From contig CABUVL010000002.1 of the NCBI GenBank assembly GCA_902495005.1, positions 3,865 through 67,864 on the forward strand: 64,000 bases of DNA, given 5' to 3'. Below the pieces are notes generated by a model, which saw only the letters and a program-made list of their open reading frames with translations, was not told the origin of the DNA and did not search any database. A program made the position numbers and the translations under genes. Numbering within the stretch: the first letter of the stretch is position 1; each line of letters begins with the position of its first letter. Below, piece by piece: positions 48,396 through 57,661 of the stretch. Source of the DNA: an uncultured Verrucomicrobiota bacterium (lineage in GTDB: Bacteria > Verrucomicrobiota > Verrucomicrobiia > Opitutales > UBA9783).

Positions 48396-48647
48396 ATGAA
48401 AAAAGATATACATCCAGATTATCATCCCGTTTGTTTTGTTGATGTTTCGTCGGGTAAACGCTTTTTAACTTATTCAACAATGACCTCCAAGGACAAGGAA
48501 GTTATTGACGGAGTTGAATATTACATTGTCATCAGAGATGTTACTTCCGATTCGCACCCAATTTATACGGGCGAAAAGCGCTTTGTTGACTCGGCGGGTC
48601 GTGTTGAAAAATTCCAACGTAAGTTTAGCCGTCGCTTGGTACGTTAA
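48396..48647 (+). CDS. rpmE: 50S ribosomal protein L31, type B (YkgM-like, non-zinc form)
   Basis: 83 aa: [16 protein letters not shown]...[27 protein letters not shown]. No CxxC pair. Confidence 0.9.
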   Translation: MKKDIHPDYHPVCFVDVSSGKRFLTYSTMTSKDKEVIDGVEYYIVIRDVTSDSHPIYTGEKRFVDSAGRVEKFQRKFSRRLVR

Positions 48648-48690
48648 GTAAAATTTGATAATTGAACTTGTTTTAATTGCATAGATAATT

Positions 48691-48720
48691 GGGCCCTCTT
48701 GTGAGGGCCTTTCTGTTTTT
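48691..48720 (+). terminator. Rho-independent terminator of rpmJ-rpmE
   Basis: GGCCCTC-TTGT-GAGGGCC hairpin followed by TTTCTGTTTTT. Confidence 0.8.
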
Positions 48721-49460
48721 AAGTGGAGAGGACGGATGTTCCTTGAGCCCATCGACAGTTATTACGGGCCTAAAGTTTGGTCTTGGTGCCGTAAATAAAA
48801 GGGCGAGGCTTAAGTGAACTTGTCTTTTGTAGAAAACGAATGCCAATGGAAGGACGGCAGTTTATCTTGCAAGCTTATGACTCTTTTTCGGGGTGTCTGT
48901 GCAACGTGACTCACTGATGCGTAATTAAAAGCTGCGATTTGGTACTGTGTAAATGTATAAAGATGCACGGACTTCGGTAGGGGAGGGACATATGTCCATT
49001 TGGCAAATAAATCTGATGAAGCTGACTCGTCTGAAAGTGTACTTCGTTGAAGCGTTACGTGCTTGGTTTTGTAAATCTATCACTAAGCGGGGGATATACA
49101 TTTTCTATCTTTTATAGTATTTAAGTGAGTGTAATGAGTATTTCTGTATAAGCTGAATTGAATACCATTGCTTGTCATGGATGGTCTTGTCGATTTTGTC
49201 GTCAGTGGTTATTTTTGCGAGCTTTGTGTTATGTCTGAATTGGTGTTAATTAGAAAGATCGAGGGTTAGTCTGTATTTTTGTTGGGAGGCGAGCTGCGTG
49301 AAGGAGGCTTGTTCTCTGCAACGAAAGTGGAATTTAGTCTGTTTTAATTTTTTCATATACAATTGTGAAAATTTAATTGTCATTTTTTTGAATGAAGTGT
49401 ACCATTGGTGATGAAGGTTTATCGTCATCAAAGGGTCGTAATGTGTTAACAAGTGGTGAA

Positions 49461-50822
49461 ATGATGCAATTTGATAAGGTGCTGATTGTGGATGATGAGT
49501 TGGTAATCCGTAAATCGTTGGAAGAACAATTACGTAGTTTCCGGTATACGGTGGCAACCGTTTCAAGTTTAGCAGATGCGGAAAAGGTCCTGAGCAACGA
49601 CAGCTTTGATCTGGTTTTTTTGGATGTTCGATTGCCGGACGGAGATGGAACGCAGCTACTTAAACACTTTAATTCATTGCCGGAGAATATCGAACGACCC
49701 ATAACGGTTGTTATTACGGGCTATGGTTCAATTGAATCTGCCGTTGAATGCATGAAATTAGGTGCGTTCGATTACATTATTAAGCCGTTTTCTCTGCAAG
49801 AAATTGAGGTGGTGGTAAAGAAAGCGGAATCGTACAGTCACCTCGTCAAGGTAAACCAGTTTTTCTCTTGTAACAGCGGAGAGGGTGAACAGGAGTTGTT
49901 GGGTGAAAGCCCGGCGATGCAGCAGGTTCGGACGCTGATAAAAAAGGTTGCGACGACGGAAGCGACGGTGCTCATTACGGGAGAAAACGGGACGGGCAAG
50001 GAGCTCGTGGCAAAAGAGATCCACCGGGTCAGTCACTTGGCCAATAAGCCGTACATCACGGTCAATTGTGCAGCCATCGCCGAAAATTTAATTGAAAGTG
50101 AGTTCTTCGGCCATGAGAAAGGGGCCTTTACACACGCGATACAAAGACGAATAGGCCGTTTTGAATTGGCCAATAACGGGACGATATTGCTGGATGAAAT
50201 TGCTGAAATTTCTCCGCACTTGCAAGCCAAGTTGCTGCGGGTCCTGCAAGAAAAAGAATTTGAGCGTGTTGGAGGTACAAAGACCTTGAAAGTTAACACG
50301 CGGGTGATCGCTTCCACGAACCGAAACCTTCGTAAGGCGGTAGAGCGGGGGGATTTTCGTGAAGATTTATTTTACCGCTTGAACGTTTTCCCCATTGAGT
50401 TGCCACCCTTAAGAGAACGTGGAAATGACATTCTTTTGTTGGCAAATTACTTTTTCAAACGTTACACACGGAAGCATGGCATTGCGCTAAAAGGGTTTTC
50501 GGATGAAGCCACACAGGCCTTACTTTCGCACAAGTGGCCCGGTAATGTGCGTGAATTGCAGAATACGATCGAGCGTGCGGTTATTTTATCGAGCGATCAA
50601 GAGCTCATTCACTTGAATACTTTGAACATTAATGGTGAAGCGGACGTGGCACTGACATTACCAGAGGAATCGATGTTGGATTTAGAGGCAATTGAAAAGA
50701 AGCATATTCTGCATGTTTTGAATGCGACGAATGGAAATCGTACCAAGGCCGCCTCTGTGTTGAAAATTAGTGCGCGGACGCTGAGCGATAAGTTAAAGCA
50801 ATACAGTGTGTCGGAAGCGTAA
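49461..50822 (+). CDS. NtrC-family sigma-54-dependent response regulator (REC-AAA+-Fis HTH)
   Basis: Receiver (VLIVDDE...FLDVRLPDGDG). AAA+ core with Walker A GENGTGKE, loop GAFTHA (a variant of GAFTGA), and RELQN. C-terminal HTH NGNRTKAASVLKISARTLSDKLKQY. Start set at MMQFDKV. Confidence 0.9.
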   Translation: MMQFDKVLIVDDELVIRKSLEEQLRSFRYTVATVSSLADAEKVLSNDSFDLVFLDVRLPDGDGTQLLKHFNSLPENIERPITVVITGYGSIESAVECMKLGAFDYIIKPFSLQEIEVVVKKAESYSHLVKVNQFFSCNSGEGEQELLGESPAMQQVRTLIKKVATTEATVLITGENGTGKELVAKEIHRVSHLANKPYITVNCAAIAENLIESEFFGHEKGAFTHAIQRRIGRFELANNGTILLDEIAEISPHLQAKLLRVLQEKEFERVGGTKTLKVNTRVIASTNRNLRKAVERGDFREDLFYRLNVFPIELPPLRERGNDILLLANYFFKRYTRKHGIALKGFSDEATQALLSHKWPGNVRELQNTIERAVILSSDQELIHLNTLNINGEADVALTLPEESMLDLEAIEKKHILHVLNATNGNRTKAASVLKISARTLSDKLKQYSVSEA

Positions 50823-50831
50823 TGTTCAGAT

Positions 50832-51923
50832 TTATTTTTTACTTTGCCGGCGTTGCTTGAGCGTGTAAAAATAATATTTGTGCGTTCGGTAAACGTACGC
50901 CAGGATTTCTGCAATCATTTCGTAGACTTCAACGGGAATGGGTTTGCCAACGGCCCCGAGCTTAAAAAGTAAACGCGCGGCCAGCTTGTTTTCCACGATG
51001 GGGACCTCATAATTTTTGGCGATGCCTTTTATGTGTTGAGCAAATAAATTTTCACCTTTGGCGAGTATGATGGGAGCTTTGTCGATCTTACGTTCGTATT
51101 TTAAGGCCACGGCATAGTGGGTCGGATTGGTAATGACAACGTCGGCGGTGGGAACTTGATCTAGCATTTGCTTTTGAAGTAACTTTTGGGCCAGACGCCG
51201 TTGGGCCATTTTGATTTCAGGCCTTCCGATCATTTGCTTTTGTTCTTCTTTAACTTCCTCCCGCGTCATTTTCAAATCTTGGTAGGTTTTATAGCGTTCG
51301 TAGAAGTAGGTTATCATTGCGATAATTCCGAGGCACAGGATGAGGCGCCCTAAAAAAATTAAGATGATGTGTAAAAAAAGTGAGGGTATACGTTCGATGG
51401 GGACGGGGGTAAAGAAAACGGGATCCATGCGAATGTTCTTGAAGGCAAGGTAAATGACAACGGCGACGGCGATCAGTTTTAAGCTGTCGGTGCACACGTG
51501 GACACATTTTTTGACCGATATTAATCGCTTGAGTCCTTCGATGGGGTTGATCTTGTTGTAATCGACGCGCATGGCCTTGGGGGTCAATTGAAAGCCCGAT
51601 TGAATCCCGCCGGCTATAATGACTGCCATTACGCAGCTCAATAAGAACATGATGATGGTGCTTGTGCCGAAAGAGAGAAAGTTTTTAAGAATGAACGTGG
51701 CATTTGTTTCGCTTCCGTTAAACTCTGTGAAGTGCGTCCAAAGGTATTTTGTGTAATCGGCGACGGCGAGCGCGTGCTTTTCAATCGAGAATAAAAACCA
51801 GCAAAAGCTGCTCATGAGGAGGAATAAAATGCCGAATTCTTCCACGCGTGCGAATTGTCCCTGTTCGCGGGACTCGCGCAGCTTTTTTTCTGTAGGTGCT
51901 TCGGTTTTATTATCTTTAGCCAT
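50832..51923 (-). CDS. sctU: T3SS export-switch protein SctU (FlhB/YscU family)
   Basis: 363 aa. KTEAPTEKKLRESREQGQ N-terminus, four TMs, KINPIEGLKR, NPTH autocleavage site in VITNPTHYAVALKY. Confidence 0.85.
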   Translation of the reverse strand: MAKDNKTEAPTEKKLRESREQGQFARVEEFGILFLLMSSFCWFLFSIEKHALAVADYTKYLWTHFTEFNGSETNATFILKNFLSFGTSTIIMFLLSCVMAVIIAGGIQSGFQLTPKAMRVDYNKINPIEGLKRLISVKKCVHVCTDSLKLIAVAVVIYLAFKNIRMDPVFFTPVPIERIPSLFLHIILIFLGRLILCLGIIAMITYFYERYKTYQDLKMTREEVKEEQKQMIGRPEIKMAQRRLAQKLLQKQMLDQVPTADVVITNPTHYAVALKYERKIDKAPIILAKGENLFAQHIKGIAKNYEVPIVENKLAARLLFKLGAVGKPIPVEVYEMIAEILAYVYRTHKYYFYTLKQRRQSKK

Positions 51924-52683
51924 GGGTGATTTGATTCATCGTGGGTGGAATGCGTGCGAATTCGTTCGTGATGTAGGAGTAACAAAGGTATAGAATGAAG
52001 CTCAACAGGCTCAATCCAAGTAAGATACGCAGGGGAAAACTGAGAAAAAACACATTAATTTTGGGGCTTGTTTTGCCGAGGATCGAAAATGCAAAAGTGA
52101 CGAGCAGGTTCAGTGCAATCAGGGGTACGGCCATCTTAAAGGCCACCGTGAAGATGTTTTGTGTCAGGGGGATGAGCAGTAGGAATTGTGAACTTGATAG
52201 GGATAATTCTTGAATGGGGGACCAACGGTAACTGTCGACAAAGCATTGCAATAAGTCTAAGTAAACGCCGTTGATAAAAAAAATGGCGATGGCAAGCTGG
52301 GAGAACATAAGACTGATGAAATTGTTAGATTGCTCACTGCTTGGATTAAATATTTCGCTGTTGTTGAGTCCCATTTCATTGGCGATGCAGTAGCCGGCGG
52401 TTTCAAATATGGCAAACGAGATGCGTAAAGTAATTCCCATTGCCCAGCCGATCATGATTTCTTTGCCGATGTGAAGTAAAAATGGAAGGTAGCCCGAAGG
52501 AAGGGGTAGGGTGGTTGTTGGCGAGAGCGTTAAAAATAAAGTGTAACTGAGCCCGACGCTGAGCCCAATTTTAACCGTGTTGGGGACGTTATTGCTTGAG
52601 CCGAATGGAAAATTGTACAGCAAGGCGGAGCCGCGGCACAAGATGAGGAAGCACAGATAAATAGCTGGGAGAGAGATCGTCAT
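51916..52683 (-). CDS. sctT: T3SS export-gate protein SctT (FliR/YscT family)
   Basis: 255-aa polytopic protein between sctS and sctU, with overlapping start/stop codons on both sides. Confidence 0.8.
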   Translation of the reverse strand: MTISLPAIYLCFLILCRGSALLYNFPFGSSNNVPNTVKIGLSVGLSYTLFLTLSPTTTLPLPSGYLPFLLHIGKEIMIGWAMGITLRISFAIFETAGYCIANEMGLNNSEIFNPSSEQSNNFISLMFSQLAIAIFFINGVYLDLLQCFVDSYRWSPIQELSLSSSQFLLLIPLTQNIFTVAFKMAVPLIALNLLVTFAFSILGKTSPKINVFFLSFPLRILLGLSLLSFILYLCYSYITNEFARIPPTMNQITHG

Positions 52684-52949
52684 TTGGCAAGTTCGCCGGC
52701 GCGTTCTATGATGAGGGTTGAGAATTCAACGAGGTGCCTAAAAAGCCAATTCGACAGCAACCATACGAGTAATATGTTCCCCAGTAATTTGGGGACGAAT
52801 GCCAAGGTCTGATCCTGAATGCTGGTGATCGTTTGGGCAAGGCTGATGAGCGTTCCAAGGATCATGGTTAACAATAAAAATGGGCCCGTACACACGATGG
52901 CCGTTAAAATCAGTTGGTGGATCAGATCAATTGTAATTTCGACATTCAT
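52680..52949 (-). CDS. sctS: T3SS export-gate protein SctS (FliQ/YscS family)
   Basis: 89 aa, two TMs, conserved loop LISLAQTITSIQDQTLAFVPKLL. Confidence 0.85.
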   Translation of the reverse strand: MNVEITIDLIHQLILTAIVCTGPFLLLTMILGTLISLAQTITSIQDQTLAFVPKLLGNILLVWLLSNWLFRHLVEFSTLIIERAGELAK

Positions 52950-53103
52950 GAGTGCCTATTCATTGAATCATAATTCGAGAAAATTTCAAGCCGTTTTCAA
53001 GTGGAAGAGCCGAGTGGGGATAAGGACGTTAAAATTACTTGTATAATGCAATTGCTTTTTCACAAAATGCCATTTCTATAGTTAGCAAACAAAGGTATTG
53101 TCC

Positions 53104-54792
53104 ATGTCAAAACGTTTGGCGCTTTCAGTCTACGGAATATCGATATTATTTTTTACCTGCTTTTTTATTTGGCCTATTGGAGAGATCGTAAGGGGCGGTT
53201 TTTGGGATTATGAGAAGGGCTTTACGCTCGAATATTTTAAGGTCGTGTTCGCCAATCCTATTTACAGAGAAGGCTTGTTTAATTCGTTTGTCATGGGTAT
53301 TGGTTCCACGATTTTGGCCCTTATATTGGCAATCCCACTGGCCTACTTGTTTAATTACTATGAATTCCCCGGCAAAAAGATTTTTTCAAGCTTGGTGCTC
53401 CTGCCGATCATGCTGCCTCCCTTTGTGGGGGCCATTGGCGTTCAGCAACTTTTGGGAACTTACGGGGTGTTTAATACCTTGTTATTACGTTGGGGATGGA
53501 TCACAAGCCCATTCGATTGGTTGGGGACGTGGCAATTCACGAGCATTATCGTCGTCAACGCACTCGGCTTGTACCCGATTTTGTACCTCAATATTGTGGC
53601 GTCGCTTGCCAATGTCGATCCGGCCATGGAGGAGGCGGCCTCTAATTTAGGTTGTCGTGGTTTTAAGCGATTTTGGCGCATTACATTCCCATTGATCCGT
53701 CCGGGCGTATTCGCGGGCTGTACCATTGTATTTATATGGGCTTTTACGGAGTTGGGAGTGCCGCTCATGTTTAATTTTAATCGCGTGACCTCGGTGCAAA
53801 TTTTTAATGGCTTAAAGGAAATTGGAGGTAATCCTTTCCCTTATGCTTTGGTGACCGTTATGTTCATTCTTTCGGTTGTGTTTTATCTACTAGGGAAGGG
53901 ATTGTTCGGCAAAGACAATTACGCAATGCTTGCCAAGGCCTCACAGGGGCGTGTGTGTAAGGTCTTACCGCGAGGCTTGCAATTTTTGTGCCTTGCCTAT
54001 TTTGCTTTGGTGACACTTTCGTCCCTTTTGCCTCATTTGACGGTGGTTTTGTTTTCATTTGCAAATGATTGGTATCAATCGATTATGCCGAACACCTGGA
54101 CGATGGAAAATTACCGTTTGGCTTTGGGGAACGCCTTGACCATTCCATCCATTGAGAATAGCGTTGTGTACGCTTCTTTTGCAACCGTACTCAGCAGCGT
54201 TTTGGGGATTGGCATCGCGTTTGTGGTCGTGAGAACGCGTTTGCCAGGTCGAAATTTACTCGACGCCTGTGCCATGATGCCATTGGCGGTTCCCGGCTTG
54301 GTCATGGCTTTTGGCTTTGTGGCCATGTCGCAAGAGGGGCGCTTTTTTGCCTTTTTGAATCCGATCAAAAATCCGACAATTTTGCTCATTATCTCCTACG
54401 CCATCCGTAAGTTGCCGTTTATGGTAAGATCGGGTGTGGCGGGGCTACAGCAAACCTCACCCAAGTATGAGGAGGCTGCACAGAATTTGGGCTGCCCGCC
54501 GTTCAAGGCCATTCGCAAAATTACTTTGCCGTTGATTATGGCCAATATCATGGCAGGTTCGATACTTGTTTTTTCCCAAGCCATGTTGGAAGTCTCTGAT
54601 TCCCTGATACTTGCGCAAAAGCAGGCTTTTTACCCGATCACGAAGTCCATCTACGAGTTGTTGAATTTATTGGGACACGGAACCTTCTTATCTTGCGCTT
54701 TAGGTGTCTGGGCCATGACATTTTTAGCCGTTACCATTATAGGTGCGTCTGTCCTGTTGGGTAAAAGTTTTGGCGCCATTTTTAAAGTTTAG
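53104..54792 (+). CDS. Two-domain ABC transporter permease (FbpB/ThiP-like)
   Basis: About 560 aa with about 12 TMs and two BPD-type EAA loops (MEEAASNLGCRGFKRFWRITFPL and YEEAAQNLGCPPFKAIRKITLPL). No ATPase or binding-protein gene is adjacent. Confidence 0.8.
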   Translation: MSKRLALSVYGISILFFTCFFIWPIGEIVRGGFWDYEKGFTLEYFKVVFANPIYREGLFNSFVMGIGSTILALILAIPLAYLFNYYEFPGKKIFSSLVLLPIMLPPFVGAIGVQQLLGTYGVFNTLLLRWGWITSPFDWLGTWQFTSIIVVNALGLYPILYLNIVASLANVDPAMEEAASNLGCRGFKRFWRITFPLIRPGVFAGCTIVFIWAFTELGVPLMFNFNRVTSVQIFNGLKEIGGNPFPYALVTVMFILSVVFYLLGKGLFGKDNYAMLAKASQGRVCKVLPRGLQFLCLAYFALVTLSSLLPHLTVVLFSFANDWYQSIMPNTWTMENYRLALGNALTIPSIENSVVYASFATVLSSVLGIGIAFVVVRTRLPGRNLLDACAMMPLAVPGLVMAFGFVAMSQEGRFFAFLNPIKNPTILLIISYAIRKLPFMVRSGVAGLQQTSPKYEEAAQNLGCPPFKAIRKITLPLIMANIMAGSILVFSQAMLEVSDSLILAQKQAFYPITKSIYELLNLLGHGTFLSCALGVWAMTFLAVTIIGASVLLGKSFGAIFKV

Positions 54793-54804
54793 TGAGGTGA
54801 TTAA

Positions 54805-55719
54805 ATGCGTGTAAGCAAGCTGCTTGTCTTTTTTTTACTGTGTATTCAGTGGTCTTGGCTCCAGGCGAGCGACACAAAGACGACTTTTGACTTGAAGCAC
54901 GCGTGTGCTTTGGGTTTTGTACAGGGCTTTACGGAGTTTTTACCCGTCTCATCGACAGGCCACATGATTTTACTCAATGACGTTTTTTTTCGACCGCCGT
55001 CTACGATGAGTAAAGTAGAACAGTCGCGCAACGCTTCGTTGTTGAATCATTACGTTGTGTGCGTTCAGTTGGGAACGATTTTGACGCTTTTGTTGTTTTA
55101 TAGGCGTGAGGTTTGGAGCATTATTAAAGGTGTTTGCGGTCATGATGGGGCCGGATTGCGTTTGGGCCTTAACGTGTGCCTGGCGTTTATCCCCGTTGGG
55201 TTGGCTGGCTTCTTCTTAGGCGATTGGATTCAATTGTACTTGTACAATCGTATTTCGGTGATTTCGGCCATTTTTGTGGGCGGGTTGGTGATCTTTTGGA
55301 TTGAATTTCATCGAGCGCGTGCTCGAATTCGTTGCGATTTATCTAGCATGCCCATTAAGGTGGCTCTCGGCATAGGATTGCTGCAAATGTTGGCCTTGTG
55401 GCCGGGCTTGAGCCGCTCTTTGGTGACGATTGCGGGCGGAGTCTTATGCGGCTTATCGCTCGTTCAGGCCATTCATTTTAGTTTTTTGCTCGGTTTGTTG
55501 ACGTCGACGGTTGCTACGAGCTATCAATGCTTGAAGCACGGTGCAGAGATGTTGCAGACGATGGAATTTTTACCCATTTGCGCCGGAATCATTGTGGCTT
55601 TTGTGGTGGGTATGGCAACGATACGACTATTTTTTAGCTACTTGAAACACCGAGGACTGCGCTTATTTGCTTATTATCGAGTGATTTTGGCGCTTGTTTT
55701 TACATTTTTGACGAAATAG
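54805..55719 (+). CDS. uppP: Undecaprenyl-diphosphatase
   Basis: GFVQGFTEFLPVSSTGHMIL signature and polytopic BacA-type topology. Confidence 0.85.
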   Translation: MRVSKLLVFFLLCIQWSWLQASDTKTTFDLKHACALGFVQGFTEFLPVSSTGHMILLNDVFFRPPSTMSKVEQSRNASLLNHYVVCVQLGTILTLLLFYRREVWSIIKGVCGHDGAGLRLGLNVCLAFIPVGLAGFFLGDWIQLYLYNRISVISAIFVGGLVIFWIEFHRARARIRCDLSSMPIKVALGIGLLQMLALWPGLSRSLVTIAGGVLCGLSLVQAIHFSFLLGLLTSTVATSYQCLKHGAEMLQTMEFLPICAGIIVAFVVGMATIRLFFSYLKHRGLRLFAYYRVILALVFTFLTK

Positions 55720-55825
55720 CTGGACATTTTATTAAAGATTGTCAAGATAAGATAAACTTTTATTGAAGGTGCGAAAATTGTGCTTATCTTTTGTGCGAAT
55801 AATAATTTTGAATTTTAGGTAGTGA

Positions 55826-57163
55826 ATGAGCGATAAAAAAACAACAACAGCCAAGGGAATTCAACCTTCTTTTACATACTTAATTGAAAAAAAACGGGAG
55901 CGAGAGGAACTCGCTGATAACGAGGTTCGTTACTTAGTCGAAGCTATTTTATCAAACACAATTCCAAGTCATCAGTTGGCCGCTTTGGTGATGGCCATTT
56001 ACTTTCAGGGCTTGTCGGCACAGGAGACGGCCGTGTTGTCCGAAGAGGTGATGCTGTCGGGGGAAGTCGTCGATTTGACGGGCATTGGCCAACCTAAGAT
56101 TTCTCTGTATTCGACGGGTGGTGTCGGTGATAAGGCGGGCATTGTATTGACGGCCTTGGTCTCGGCCTGTGGCGTCGTTGTTCCGTCGGTCGTGGGGGAG
56201 GATGAAAGCTTTATTTTTGGCAATTTAAAAAAATTAAGTGCCATTCCGGGTTTTAAAACGGAGTTGTCTGTGAAAGAGTTTGTTCAGCAGCTCAAGAAGG
56301 TCGGATGCTGTTATTGCGCTCAACCTAAACAGATTACACCGGTGGACGTCATCTTGTATCAAATGCGTCAAGAGACTTCGACGGTCGCAAGTTTGCCTTT
56401 AATTACGAGTAGCATCCTGAGTAAACGTTTGGCTGTTGGGTCCGAAAATTTGGTGGTTGACGTAAAATGGGGCAACGGCTCCTTTATTAAAGACCTCGAA
56501 GAGGCGAAGCAACTCGCTCGGACGGTAACGCGTGTAGCCCGTTCGGTGCAACGTCGTTGTGTGGCTTTAGTGACAGATATGAATCAGCCGTTGGGCGATT
56601 CCATCGGAACGTCGTTGGAAATTCAGGAGGCGATTGAATTGTTGCACGGCCGTGGCAGCGAAGATTTAAAAGAGTTAATCTTGAAGTTGGGCATGGAAAT
56701 GGTCCGCCTGGCCGGTGTCTCAGGTTCCACTTTGTCGGCCAAACAAACCGTTTTACGGCATTTGAACGATGGTTCCGCGTTTGAGCGCTTTAAGGAAATG
56801 GTCAAGGCGCAAGGGGGCGATGTCAGTTACATCGATCATCCGGAAAAATTTCCGAAAGCGAAGTACATTCGTAAGCTGCCGGCTCCAAAGCGTGGTTACA
56901 TTCACGCCATCAATTCGGGTATGTTGGCAAAGGGTGTTGATATCTTGTCTCAACCTGAAGAGGGTGGCCCGATAGATACTTCGGTGGGTATCACGCAATT
57001 ACGAAAGGTGGGGGCTCAGATTAAGCAGGGCGATCCATTGATGATGATCCATTATAACGATCACTCGCGCTTAGATACCGCGTTAGAATACCTGCGTGCC
57101 GCTTATCGTTTGGCGCCTAAACGTCCCGTTCTGTCTGAGCTGGTGGTTGAACGTGTTGCTTAA
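55826..57163 (+). CDS. Thymidine / pyrimidine-nucleoside phosphorylase
   Basis: 445 aa. N-terminal helical glycosyltransferase-3 domain, STGGVGDK phosphate-binding motif, C-terminal PYNP domain. Confidence 0.85.
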   Translation: MSDKKTTTAKGIQPSFTYLIEKKREREELADNEVRYLVEAILSNTIPSHQLAALVMAIYFQGLSAQETAVLSEEVMLSGEVVDLTGIGQPKISLYSTGGVGDKAGIVLTALVSACGVVVPSVVGEDESFIFGNLKKLSAIPGFKTELSVKEFVQQLKKVGCCYCAQPKQITPVDVILYQMRQETSTVASLPLITSSILSKRLAVGSENLVVDVKWGNGSFIKDLEEAKQLARTVTRVARSVQRRCVALVTDMNQPLGDSIGTSLEIQEAIELLHGRGSEDLKELILKLGMEMVRLAGVSGSTLSAKQTVLRHLNDGSAFERFKEMVKAQGGDVSYIDHPEKFPKAKYIRKLPAPKRGYIHAINSGMLAKGVDILSQPEEGGPIDTSVGITQLRKVGAQIKQGDPLMMIHYNDHSRLDTALEYLRAAYRLAPKRPVLSELVVERVA

Positions 57164-57203
57164 TTACAGGCATTCACGAGAATTTCTCTCCTTGGTTTCC
57201 TCA

Positions 57204-57542
57204 ATGAGGGGAATTCATCCTTCTCAAGTGGATGGCAAATACCTAAAAGCTCCAGTTCCTTTGGACCGTGCGTTGGCTTTATGTATGCAAAAAGCCATGC
57301 CGTTGCCAGAAGATTTACGCACCATTACCTTAATGAGATCTTGTTGGAAATCTTGGTTTTCGCAATCCTTGTGGCTTGATTGTTGGCCTGAAAGATTAGA
57401 TAAGCGTGGAACATTATTTTTACGAGTGCCCAATCCGATCGTAAAACAAAAATTGCAATTTCATAAAACCTTGTTGATCAGCCGACTCAACCAACTGTTG
57501 AAGCACGCGTATGTAAAAGAAATTTGTGCGTGGATTCGGTGA
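57204..57542 (+). CDS. DUF721 (DciA-like) protein
   Basis: 112 aa from MRGIHPSQ (the track start 57096 overlaps the upstream gene). RGTLFLRVPNPIVKQKLQFHKTLLISRLNQ matches the DUF721 pattern. Confidence 0.5.
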   Translation: MRGIHPSQVDGKYLKAPVPLDRALALCMQKAMPLPEDLRTITLMRSCWKSWFSQSLWLDCWPERLDKRGTLFLRVPNPIVKQKLQFHKTLLISRLNQLLKHAYVKEICAWIR

Positions 57543-57661
57543 ATGAATTTTTAGGCACATAGGGCATTTTTTATTTACTTCGCCTTTCTTTTATCATAAG
57601 ATTTCTTTATGTCTTGCACGCATGAACAACTGCTCAACCGGATGGAGGGGCCTTTGCATCG

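Noticed and set aside
57643-57658. Sigma-54-like string TGGAGGGGCCTTTGCA (GG and TTGCA correctly spaced) just before the 800-aa gene.
   Set aside because: The -12 element ends 3 nt before the ATG, so transcription would start inside the CDS. The -24 half matches only TGG. The G-run is better explained as the GGAGGGG ribosome-binding site.
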